Under the pieces are notes generated by a model. That model was given only the letters and a program-made list of their open reading frames with translations. It was not told where the DNA came from and searched no databases. Of a stretch of DNA of 12,644 nt, positions 1 through 8,515 are shown piece by piece (positions within the stretch are counted from its first letter, which is position 1; each line of letters begins with the position of its first letter). Source of the DNA: Octopus sinensis (Eukaryota); contig NW_021826585.1 in NCBI RefSeq assembly GCF_006345805.1, positions 1-12,644 of the forward strand, in the 5' to 3' direction. Position numbers and translations under genes: made by a program.

Positions 1-116
1 TTGGTCGGCCCGGGGCGATAGCAGAAGACACTTGCCCAGATACCATGCAGTGGGACTGAACTCGGAACCATGTGGTTGGTTAGCAAGCTACTTACCACAC
101 AGCCACTCCTGCGCCT
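1..116 (-). mobile_element. tRNA-derived SINE (family A), 5' part, cut by the window edge
   Basis: Reverse complement reads AGGCGCAGGAGTGGCTGTGTGGTAAGTAGC...GGTTCCGAGTTCAGTCCCACTGC (A/B-box-like head). Homologous to the + strand copy at 7556-7950. Confidence 0.9.
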
Positions 117-125
117 AATAAAGAG

Positions 126-180
126 CAGCAAACTAGTTATTATCTGCTGATGCGTGCTGGTGTTTACCAAACATGATGAT
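126..180 (+). pseudogene. Decayed duplicate of candidate exon 807-864
   Basis: Aligns to 811-859 (TTATCTGCTGATGCGTGCTG vs TTATTTGCTGATGCGTGTTG; CCAAAC shared). Translates QQTSYYLLMRAGVYQT* vs QQANYLLMRVVCQTD. No acceptor upstream. Confidence 0.5.
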
Positions 181-314
181 TTACAAAGTGCATGCAGAAC
201 AACTAGAATTCAAACAATAATACATCTGCTCGTTCTTGATACGTTCTGGCAGATATGAGCGTGAATATCTCATCGCTGTTGTTTTTCGTCATCGGAGAAA
301 ACCTTCCCTCGGTA

Positions 315-624
315 CTACTTAAGAAGAGAGATCCCTGTGCGTGCACTCGCGTACTCGTGCATCTGCGCTAGCTAGTCGTGACTTAGTCGATCCTACAACG
401 ACTACCTAGCAAAGTAAATAAAACACAAAATAAATAATTTTTTTACACAAAGTAAATAATTTTTTTAAAAGCAAAGTAAATAAAACACAAAAACACAAAG
501 TAAATAATTTTTTAAACAAAGTAGATAAAACACAAAAACAAAGTAATTATCGACTAGTCACGACTAGCTAGCGCGGATGCGCGAGTACACGAGTGCGCGC
601 GCCGGGACCACTCTTCTTAAGTAG
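315..624. mobile_element. MITE with ~77-bp terminal inverted repeats and TA target-site duplication (Tc1/mariner-type signature)
   Basis: 315-391 and the reverse complement of 549-624 match at 68/77 (8 substitutions, 1 indel). TA at 313-314 and 625-626. Non-coding A-rich internal repeats. Confidence 0.88.
410..548 (+). repeat. Internal tandem repeat of the MITE, ~7 units mostly starting CAAAGTAAATA
   Basis: Units alternate between ...AAACACAAAA and ...ATTTTTTT endings. Confidence 0.8.
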
Positions 625-806
625 TAACCCTTCCCCTATCACCTTTAGTCGATACGTTTTCATAACACACGTGATTCACCGATGCAAAGGGACTCGAAGA
701 CATTGCAGTGCTTCGACTTTGTTGTGTGTCTCGTCAACGAAACTAGCCTAGTTGAACCGATGAAGCTACCGACAGCTTAATTTCTTTCCTATTTTTTTTT
801 CTACAG

Positions 807-864
807 ATATCAACAAGCAAATTATTTGCTGATGCGTGTTGTCTGCCAAACTGATAATAAACTC
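807..864 (+). CDS. Candidate internal coding exon A of an unidentified host gene (YQQANYLLMRVVCQTDNKL)
   Basis: Strong acceptor TTTCTTTCCTATTTTTTTTTTCTACAG| and donor CTC|GTACGT. 58 nt; only one frame is open (phase 2 to phase 0). Confidence 0.6.
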
Positions 865-1110
865 GTACGTTTTTATATGCCTTAAAAAGCTTCAGCATCT
901 CTTAGTTAAATGTTAACTCATTTAACATTTATTTTTATTCTAGTTTAAATAATTTTATTTTATAGCTTGCATCATAATACATAGCTTAAAGCATTTGACA
1001 GGTTTATTTAAATTACATTATACAGACAAGACTGTATCGACACAAATAAGTGTGCATTTACATCTACACACCTCTTACACACTTATTCATACAAATATTG
1101 AGAGAAAGGA

Positions 1111-1177
1111 ATCTATATACACATACATACATACATACATACATACATACATACATACATACATACATACATACATA
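1111..1177. repeat. (TACA)n microsatellite
   Basis: Near-perfect tetranucleotide run. Confidence 0.95.
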
Positions 1178-1493
1178 GAACATTGCATGGATAGATACAT
1201 ATATGCTTACAATTACAGACGACATTATCTGTACAAACATACATTCATCTCTACACGCGCATGCGTCCCTACTTACACATACAGAGAGGAAGACAGCTGG
1301 ATACTTATAGCAATAGTGAAATGCAAAGACAGACACATACGCACGTACAGACGTATACATTATCTACATAAATAGACAGGTGTTTACACCTGCTCATACA
1401 TACATTGCCACTTAAACATATATACAGAGAGAGACAAACAGGTAGATACGTAGAACAAATGGAGCAGAGAAGTGCATAAATAGATACACACAT

Positions 1494-1602
1494 ACATGTA
1501 TATATATATATATATATATTATATGATATATATATATATATATATTATATATATGTATGTATATATATATGTTATATGTAGTATATATATGTATATAATG
1601 CG

Positions 1603-1635
<33 letters not shown>

Positions 1636-1966
1636 ATATATATATGTATATATATATGTATATATATGTAAATATATATATATATGTTATATATGTATGT
1701 ATGTTATATATATATATGTATATATATGTATGTATATATATATATAGTATGTATATATATTATATATGTATATATATATATATATAATGTGTACATATAT
1801 ATGTAATATATGTGTGTGTGTGTGTTGTAATGTGTACATATTATAGGTCTGTATGTATATATATATATGTGTGTATGCGTAAGTAATATATATGTATATA
1901 TATATGTATGTATATTATATGTATGTTTATATATGTATATATGTATATTATATATATATATAATAT

Positions 1967-2005
<39 letters not shown>

Positions 2006-2020
2006 CTATATAATATATAG
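1494..2020. repeat. Compound (TA)n/(TATG)n/(TG)n microsatellite block
   Basis: Direct inspection. Confidence 0.95.
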
Positions 2021-2159
2021 TGGAACAGAGGCAGCACTTATCTCTACATATACATACATACATATTCAGAGATAAACATAGATACATTCCTACTCAGACG
2101 TGCAGAGAGAGAGAGACACACAAACAGCTGGATACTTACACAAATAGAGTGACACACAC

Positions 2160-2317
2160 GTACAGGTACAGAGATACACATACACACACACACAACAGTC
2201 AGACGCACATTCAACACACAAATATATACATATATATATATACACACACACGCACGTAGAAGCAGACGTTATCTATAATGAATCTGAAGCCACAAAACAT
2301 ACACATAAACAGAATTA

Positions 2318-2357
<40 letters not shown>

Positions 2358-2613
2358 AACACACACATTGTTATACAGGTACACCCACACGGAGAGAGTC
2401 GCGCTAAGTCGAATCTCATTTAAGTACAGATATACTTTCTATACACACGCGGACGCGCACACTCACATACACACCTTACACACACCACCTAGATATATAT
2501 ATATATACATACTCATGCACACATGCACACATACCAGAGAGTTAAAGACAGGGAAATAGAGTGAAACTGAACGAGAGGAACTGAGAAACAGATGAAACGT
2601 GTGTGTATATATG

Positions 2614-2647
<34 letters not shown>

Positions 2648-2723
2648 TGTATGTATGTATGTATGTATGTATGTATGTATGTATGTATATATGTTTGTAT
2701 GTATGTATGTATGTATGCATGTA

Positions 2724-2759
<36 letters not shown>

Positions 2760-2894
2760 TATATATATATACATATACACGTAGATAATACGTAGATATA
2801 TATATATATATATATATGTATTTATACATACATATACATGTGTGTGTGTGTGTGTGTGGCGCGTGTGTGTGTATACACATATATATACATACAC

Positions 2895-2934
<40 letters not shown>

Positions 2935-3054
2935 ATATACATACATACATACATACACATACATACATATATATACACGCATACGCACACACATATATAC
3001 ATATACAAAGAGAAAGAGAGTCTGTGTGGGCTGAGGAAAGAATGAGAGACAGAA

Positions 3055-3087
<33 letters not shown>

Positions 3088-3125
3088 ATGAAATGATGAA
3101 ATGGAAAGAGAGAGAGGAGAAGGAA
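2160..3125. repeat. Compound (CA)n, (TATG)n, (TA)n, (TG)n, (GA)n microsatellites with degenerate spacers
   Basis: For example (CA)n ~2322-2355, (TATG)n ~2620-2760, (GA)n ~3056-3088. Confidence 0.9.
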
Positions 3126-3445
3126 GAGGAGGCGGAGGAGAAGGAGACAGCTAGAATATGTCTGTCTAGAGAGATTTGATGAGTCATCGACTTCATCGAG
3201 TTTATTGATTGATTCTGCCAGCAGACTCTGCCCCCGCACCACCACCACCACCCACCCCCCTCCGGAACCACTATCTTCACCACCACCCCCGGACACCTTC
3301 CTGCATCCAATGCCTTCGTCCATCGCATTATCATCGCCTTACTACAAGAATGATTTCGTTTATTTTCTTCCAGGGACGAAGGATGAGACGGGGGGGGGAG
3401 GGGGGAAACAATACAAAACACAAACCGCGAGGGTCCACATATAAG

Positions 3446-3736
3446 ATAGATAATAATAATAATAATAATGATGATGATGATGAAAATGATAATGATGATG
3501 ATTGATGTGATGATGATGATGATGATGATGATTATGATGATGATGATGATGATTATGGATGATGAGATGATGATGATGATGATGATGAATGATGATATGA
3601 TGATGATGATGATGATGATTATGATGATAATGATGATATGATTATGATGATGTGATGATGATGATGATGATGAATGATGATGATGATGATGATGATGATG
3701 ATTATGATAATGATAATGATGATGATAATGATGAGG

Positions 3737-3772
<36 letters not shown>

Positions 3773-3781
3773 TTGCTGATG

Positions 3782-3820
<39 letters not shown>

Positions 3821-3844
3821 TTAATAATAATAATAATAATAATA

Positions 3845-3900
<56 letters not shown>
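3446..3900. repeat. (GAT)n followed by (AAT)n trinucleotide microsatellite
   Basis: Direct inspection. Confidence 0.95.
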
Positions 3901-3902
<2 letters not shown>

Positions 3903-4272
3903 GAATAAGTATACACGGCATGCAATAAAAAAAGAAGGGAAATGTACATTGTATACAAAGGTTGACGAAAAAAAGTGGGGGCGGATGATAGAGATGTAGT
4001 CCTCCTGATGCAGGATGACCATTAGGGATAAACGAGGAACCCCCACTGTCCGAGATCTTTCCTGAACACCAAGGGCAAGTGCCCTCTCCAATTTCCTTCT
4101 CTCCGACTCACAGGTCTACACTTAAGAGAGGTACCATCCACTCTTGCCATTTTCGTAGCTGTTACCCACCACCTTTCAATAAACTACCCCCCCCCCCCCC
4201 GAGGACAGCACTTGCCCTCTCCGACCTCAATCTCCTTTTCAATGTGAAACTCAGCTTTACCAAATGGGAATT
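3903..4272 (-). mobile_element. 5'-truncated L1/Tx1-like non-LTR retrotransposon 3' end (ORF2 C-terminus plus 3'UTR), copy 1
   Basis: Minus strand gives, with frameshifts, LKRRLRSER...FIERWWVTATKMARVDGTSL, with a probable stop at 4110-4108. This resembles the R.R.ER...F..RW terminus of Tx1/L1 ORF2 as I recall it. Homologous to 4346-4795; runs into an (ATT)n tract. Confidence 0.62.
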
Positions 4273-4345
4273 ATGATGATGATAACTATAACGATGATGA
4301 TAATGATGATGATGATGCGGAGGAGGAGGAGGAAGAATAGGGGTG

Positions 4346-4795
4346 GATTTCTTATATTTGCCACAGAGTTATCGGATAAGGGGACGGGCAGGGGCGTTAC
4401 GAGAACTGTTTGCAATTTTGCATAAAAGTGGGTTCCGTAAAAGATGGGGAAAACAGAAAAGGAAAGGAGGGTGAAATGAAATAAAAAATATACATAGTAT
4501 ACAAAATATGAACGTATACTCGCAGAGGAACGCGAACCCGCGACCCTCTGATTACCTCTGAGGTCAACACATAAAATTCTAATGCATTACTGACTAAGCT
4601 GTGTGGCGGTCCTCCTGATACAGGAGCCAATCAAGGAACCCCACAGATCTGGGATCACCTTGACCACCAAGGGCATCCCCCACACACACAACTGTTGTTC
4701 TGTAGTCTACAGGCGCATGCGTAGAGTAGGTCCAACCACCCTAACCATTTTTGCCACAGTCACTCATCGTTTTACAAATTCCCTGGGAGAGAGAG
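4346..4795 (-). mobile_element. 5'-truncated L1/Tx1-like 3' end, copy 2 (diverged subfamily)
   Basis: Minus strand gives LSPREFVKR*VTVAKMVRVVGPTLRMRL* (stop at 4709-4707), aligning with copy 1. Shared UTR blocks TGCCCTTGGTG, GGGGTTCCT, TCCTG(C/T)ATCAGGAGGAC and a downstream 18/20 match. Ends ...CTGTGGCAAATATAAGAAATC. Confidence 0.62.
4517..4608 (-). pseudogene. Degenerate tRNA-Lys(UUU)-like sequence with a 19-nt intron at the canonical 37/38 position
   Basis: Minus strand: CGCCACA CA GCTT AGTCAGTA ATGC A TTAGA ATTTTA [TGTGTTGACCTCAGAGGTA] A TCAGA GGGTC GCGGG TTCGCGT TCCTC TGCGAGT A. Collinear with eukaryotic tRNA-Lys(UUU) (GCTCAGTCGGTAGAGCATCAGACTTTTAATCTGAGGGTCCAGGGTTC). All four stems carry mismatches. 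Confidence 0.72.
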
Positions 4796-4837
4796 AGAGA
4801 CAGAGACAGACAGTCAGACAGACAGAAGCATGTATGT

Positions 4838-5025
4838 GGAGACGCAATTGCTCAGTGGTTAGGGCAGCGGACTCGCGGTCGGAGGATTGCGGTTTCGATT
4901 CCCAGACTGGTCGTTGTGTGTGTTTATTGAGCGAAAACACCTAAAAGCTCCACGAGGCTCCGGCAGGGGGTAGTGGCGACCCCTGTTGTACTCTTTCGCC
5001 ACAACTTTCTCTCACTCTCTCTTCC
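4838..5025 (+). mobile_element. tRNA-derived SINE (family B), 3'-truncated
   Basis: Head GGAGACGCAATTGCTCAGTGGTTAGGGCAGCGGACTCGCGGTCGGAGGATTGCGGTTTCGATTCCCAG has an A box (CTCAGTGG) and B box (GTTTCGATTCC), followed by a non-tRNA body. Confidence 0.85.
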
Positions 5026-5116
5026 TTATAATTGACTCAAAACAATTATTAATGTGTGTGTGTTTGTGTGTGTCTATGCGTGCGTGTGTGTGCGTGCATA
5101 TGTGTCTTTGTATCTG

Positions 5117-5941
5117 TGTTCTAGATGACCTAGGTAAGAATAGAGTATATAAAGAACCTGAGCTAATCTGTAAATGTTCTCACAAAAGGAAATACAGCAA
5201 TAAACTGGAATCGTAACAAATGGCAGCAAAAATTCAGAATGACAATGAAGAAAGAGGTGAAGCTGATGCCAATGAGTTAGAGAACGGTCAGCGAGGTTGG
5301 CCCCGACAGAATACCCTTAAGACCTGGAAAAATTGAAATAAGAAAAATTGTACATTTCTAGACCCTAAAATGCTAACAAATGTAAGACGAAAAACATTGA
5401 AAAAGAATAGACTGACAGATGCAGAACCAAACGAAATAAAACAGTTTGTTCTAGAGGGTCTAGTTATGAATAGAGCATATAGAGAACCAATTGAAAGAAA
5501 AGAAACCTGAACTAATCGCTAAATGTTCTCACAAAAGAAATACAGCAATGAGAAATGGTGACAGGAATCAAAATGACAATGAAAAAAGAGATGAAGTGAA
5601 TGCCAATGAGTTAGAGAACGGTCTGTTAGGTTGACCCCGACAGAATACCTTTAGTATCTGGAAAAATTAAAATAAGAAAAATCGTACATTTCTAGGCCCT
5701 AAAATGCTAGCAAATGTAAGACGAAAAACATTGAGAAAGAATAGACTGACAGATGCAGAACCAAACGAAATAAAACAGTTTGTTCTAGAGGGTCTGGTTA
5801 TGAATAGATTATATAGAGAACCAATTGAAAGAAAAGAAACCTGAACTAATCGCTAAATGTTCTCACAAAAGAAATACAGCAATGAGAAATGGTGACAGGA
5901 ATCAGAATGACAATGGAAAAAGAGATGAAGAGAACGGTCAG
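5117..5941 (+). repeat. Tandem duplication of a ~330-334-bp unit, ~2.5 copies
   Basis: GTTCTAGA anchors at 5118, 5448 and 5782; AGAAACCTGAACTAATCGC at 5501 and 5835. Confidence 0.95.
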
Positions 5942-6428
5942 TTTCTAGAGGAGAATGCTGAAGGCATGGAGAACACAAAGAAATTGTGAATGAACCTGTG
6001 AAGTTCATAAGCGACACAAACATCGCGAAAAGAGAACCAACAATAGAAATAAGATGCAAAAAAATATATATATATATATATATAAAAAGAAAACAGAAAA
6101 GAAAACCTTATGAAAGCTGCTGATGAAGATGGGAAATGCTGCAATCAAAGATAACGATACAATTGAGCTTAATTTGTCTGATGTCAATCAAGTGATTTTT
6201 ACGCCTCAGTCAAAGTAATTGAGTCAAAATACTCGATCAATGGAAAAGGGAAAGTTAGAGCTTGCGTAACGCAGGAAACCGAAGTGGGAAGAAAAGAAAA
6301 AATAGCAAAAAAGAAAAAAAAAAGAAAAAAAGAAAAAGAAAAAAGAAATGAAAATAGAAGTAATGAAAGGAGAAATATCGATCTTGGCAAGAACAAAGAT
6401 GTGAAAACGCGAGAACAGTAAGGAAACC
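5117..6428 (+). mobile_element. Decayed N-terminal part of a non-LTR retrotransposon ORF, R4/Dong-like
   Basis: Broken frames give TWKN*NKKNCTFLDPKMLANVRRKTL(K/R)KNRLTDAEPNEIKQFV, KFISDTNIAKREPTIEIR, GNAAIK...ELNLSDVNQVI/ASVKVIE and PKWEEK...KIEVMKGEISIL. These recall motifs upstream of the RT in R4/Dong-type ORFs (from memory). No RT is present. Confidence 0.55.
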
Positions 6429-6431
6429 AAA

Positions 6432-6472
6432 TACTACTACTACTACTACTACTACTAATAATAATAATAATG

Positions 6473-6512
<40 letters not shown>

Positions 6513-6552
6513 TAATAATATAATATGAAGAAGAAGAAGAAGAAGAAGAATG

Positions 6553-6644
<92 letters not shown>

Positions 6645-6785
6645 AATGATGATGATAATGATAATAATAATAATGATGATGATGATGATAATAATAATAT
6701 AATAATAATAATGATGATGATAATAATAATAATAATGATAATAATAATAATAATAATAATAATAATAGTAATAATGATAATAATA

Positions 6786-6851
<66 letters not shown>

Positions 6852-6939
6852 TAATAATAATAATAATAATAACAACAATAATAATAATAATAATAATAAT
6901 ATAATAATAATAATAATGACAATAATAATAATAATAATG

Positions 6940-6982
<43 letters not shown>

Positions 6983-6986
6983 CAAC

Positions 6987-7022
<36 letters not shown>

Positions 7023-7091
7023 CATAATAATAATAATAATAATAATGATAATAATAATAATAAAATAATAATAATAATAACAACAACAATC

Positions 7092-7124
<33 letters not shown>

Positions 7125-7141
7125 TAATAATAATAATAATG

Positions 7142-7208
<67 letters not shown>
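6432..7208. repeat. Long (AAT)n-dominated microsatellite with (TAC)n, (GAA)n, (GAT)n and (AAC)n segments
   Basis: Direct inspection. Confidence 0.97.
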
Positions 7209-7209
7209 G

Positions 7210-7325
7210 TATTTCTTTATTGGCCTCAAGGGCTGCAAAAACAATAAGGACAATACAAAGACAAATTTCAGCGGGGATTTATACAGAAACGCGTAAACAA
7301 TGAAAAAAAGACAATTCACAAAATT
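7210..7325 (-). mobile_element. Retroposon 3' terminus (probably Tx1-like LINE) abutting the (ATT)n tract
   Basis: Minus strand: pyrimidine-rich segment ending GCAGCCCTTGAGGCCAATAAAGAAATA, then (TTA)n. Resembles the 3' ends at 4346-4370 and 11473-11498. Confidence 0.5.
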
Positions 7326-7345
7326 GTTATTTTTTTTTATTGTTT

Positions 7346-7414
7346 ACTCAGAACGTAAAGACGGAAGAAACGCCACAAATTATTTTGTCCGGCGTGCTAA
7401 AGATTCTGCCAGCT
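7346..7414 (-). mobile_element. SINE family C, 5' head fragment
   Basis: Reverse complement AGCTGGCAGAATCTTTAGCACGCCGGACAAAAT...CTTTACGTTCTGAGT; its 3' half matches the start of the copy at 11296. Confidence 0.75.
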
Positions 7415-7440
7415 ACTGACTAGAGGACAAGTCACGAGAG

Positions 7441-7503
7441 TGTGGCCATGCTAGGGCACAGCCTCGAAGAATTTTAAGCCGAATGAATCGATCCCAGTAT
7501 CTT
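7441..7503 (-). mobile_element. SINE 3' body fragment (family A-related)
   Basis: Reverse complement resembles 7870-7922 (CTGGGGTCGATTTGCTCGACTAAAAGGTGGTGCTCCAGTATGACCGCA). Confidence 0.65.
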
Positions 7504-7555
7504 AAAGACCGAAAATAATTACTCTGGAGGAAATTCATAGAATCTTTTATTTTCT

Positions 7556-7706
7556 TGTGGTAAGTAGCTTGCTTACCAACTACATGGTTCCGGGTTCAGT
7601 CCCACTGCGTGGTACCTTGGGCAAGTGTCTTTCACTATAGCCTCGGGCCGACCAAAGCCTTGTGAGTGGATTTGATAGGCGGAAACTGAAAGAAGCCCGT
7701 CGTATG

Positions 7707-7744
<38 letters not shown>

Positions 7745-7950
7745 TGTGTGTCTGTGTTTGCCCCCCCCCCCAACATCGCTTGACAACCGATACTGGTGTG
7801 TTTACGTCCCTGTAACTTAGCGGTTCGGCAAGAGACCGATAGAATAAGTACTAAGCTTACAAGGAATAAGTCCTGGGGTCGATTTGCTCGACTAAAAGGT
7901 GGTGCTCCAGTATGACCGCAGTCAAATGACTGAAACAAGTAAAAGAGTAA
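7556..7950 (+). mobile_element. tRNA-derived SINE family A, near full length, missing ~15 nt of 5' head
   Basis: B-box region GGTTCCGGGTTCAGTCCC, internal (TA)n/(TG)n, and A-rich end GAAACAAGTAAAAGAGTAA. Homologous to 1-116, 8053-8295 and 9582-9744. Confidence 0.92.
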
Positions 7951-7995
7951 GTTGTTAGTAGTTTAGGAATCAAGAGAGAAGAGAGAAACGGTCTG
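7951..7995 (+). pseudogene. Decayed duplicate of the 5' end of candidate exon B; its upstream intron copy is at 7502-7555
   Basis: 7502-7555 matches 8444-8498 (~5 mismatches in 54 nt), and 7951-7971 is identical to 8516-8536. Confidence 0.7.
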
Positions 7996-8052
7996 GCATT
8001 TATTCTATCGATTTATTTTGAGGAACTGCTTGGCTACAAGAACATAATCGAA

Positions 8053-8295
8053 CCAACTACGGTTGTGAAGTGGTAGCAGGGAACAAACAAACACAAATGC
8101 ACTCGCATGCACACACACATACACATACATATATATTCGACCGGTTTCTTTCAGTTTCCATCTACCAAATCTACTCACAGGGCTTTGGTCAACACGAGGC
8201 TGTAGTAGAAGACACCTGCCCAAGGTGCCACGCACTAGGATTGAAGCCGGAACCATGTTGTTCGGAAGCAAGCTTCTTGCCGCACAGCCTCCATG
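8053..8295 (-). mobile_element. SINE family A, diverged 5' two-thirds
   Basis: Reverse complement aligns to 7556-7797. Confidence 0.85.
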
Positions 8296-8515
8296 TTTAA
8301 TTATTTGTTTACCTATTACAAAATACTAAAAATTTGTAGTCGGTGATAATCATGTGTGGTACTATTTCATTCTTTTTAGAAATTACCAGCATGATATGAC
8401 CAGTTAATTTTTAATTAAACATTTTCTGAAGTGAGACACTTCATTAAAGATGGAAAATAATTAGTCTGGAGGAAATCCATAGAATCTGTTATTTTCTTTT
8501 CTATTTTCTTCATAG

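Noticed and set aside
995-3180. Many long ORFs rich in YI, MYVC, HT and ER
   Set aside because: Translations of stop-free di- and tetranucleotide microsatellites.
2463-3323. 286-aa minus-strand ORF with a Gly-rich start
   Set aside because: Most of it is microsatellite; the unique part is preceded by in-frame stops and has no usable splice pair.
3446-3921. Poly-Asp/Asn/Ile/Met ORFs
   Set aside because: (GAT)n/(AAT)n tracts; no splice context or complexity.
4001-4060. Possible hammerhead ribozyme (CTGATG...)
   Set aside because: The core is CTGATGCA/CTGATACA rather than CUGANGA, and there is no correctly placed GAAA.
4201-4240. Apparent inverted/direct repeat of 4072-4090 (GCACTTGCCCT), suggesting a twin-priming inversion
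   Set aside because: Reads as a collinear continuation of ORF2 on the minus strand; the short match is probably chance.
4517-4608. Functional tRNA-Lys gene
   Set aside because: Acceptor stem poorly paired, A at position 32, degenerate B box and no adjacent T-run terminator; kept only as tRNA-like.
4603-4944. 113-aa + strand ORF starting VLLIQEP, like an APE endonuclease motif
   Set aside because: It is the antisense of the Tx1-like ORF2 end and UTR running into a SINE; the paralogous copy has stops in that frame.
6199-7319. ORFs up to 296 aa on the minus strand
   Set aside because: Trinucleotide microsatellite artefacts.
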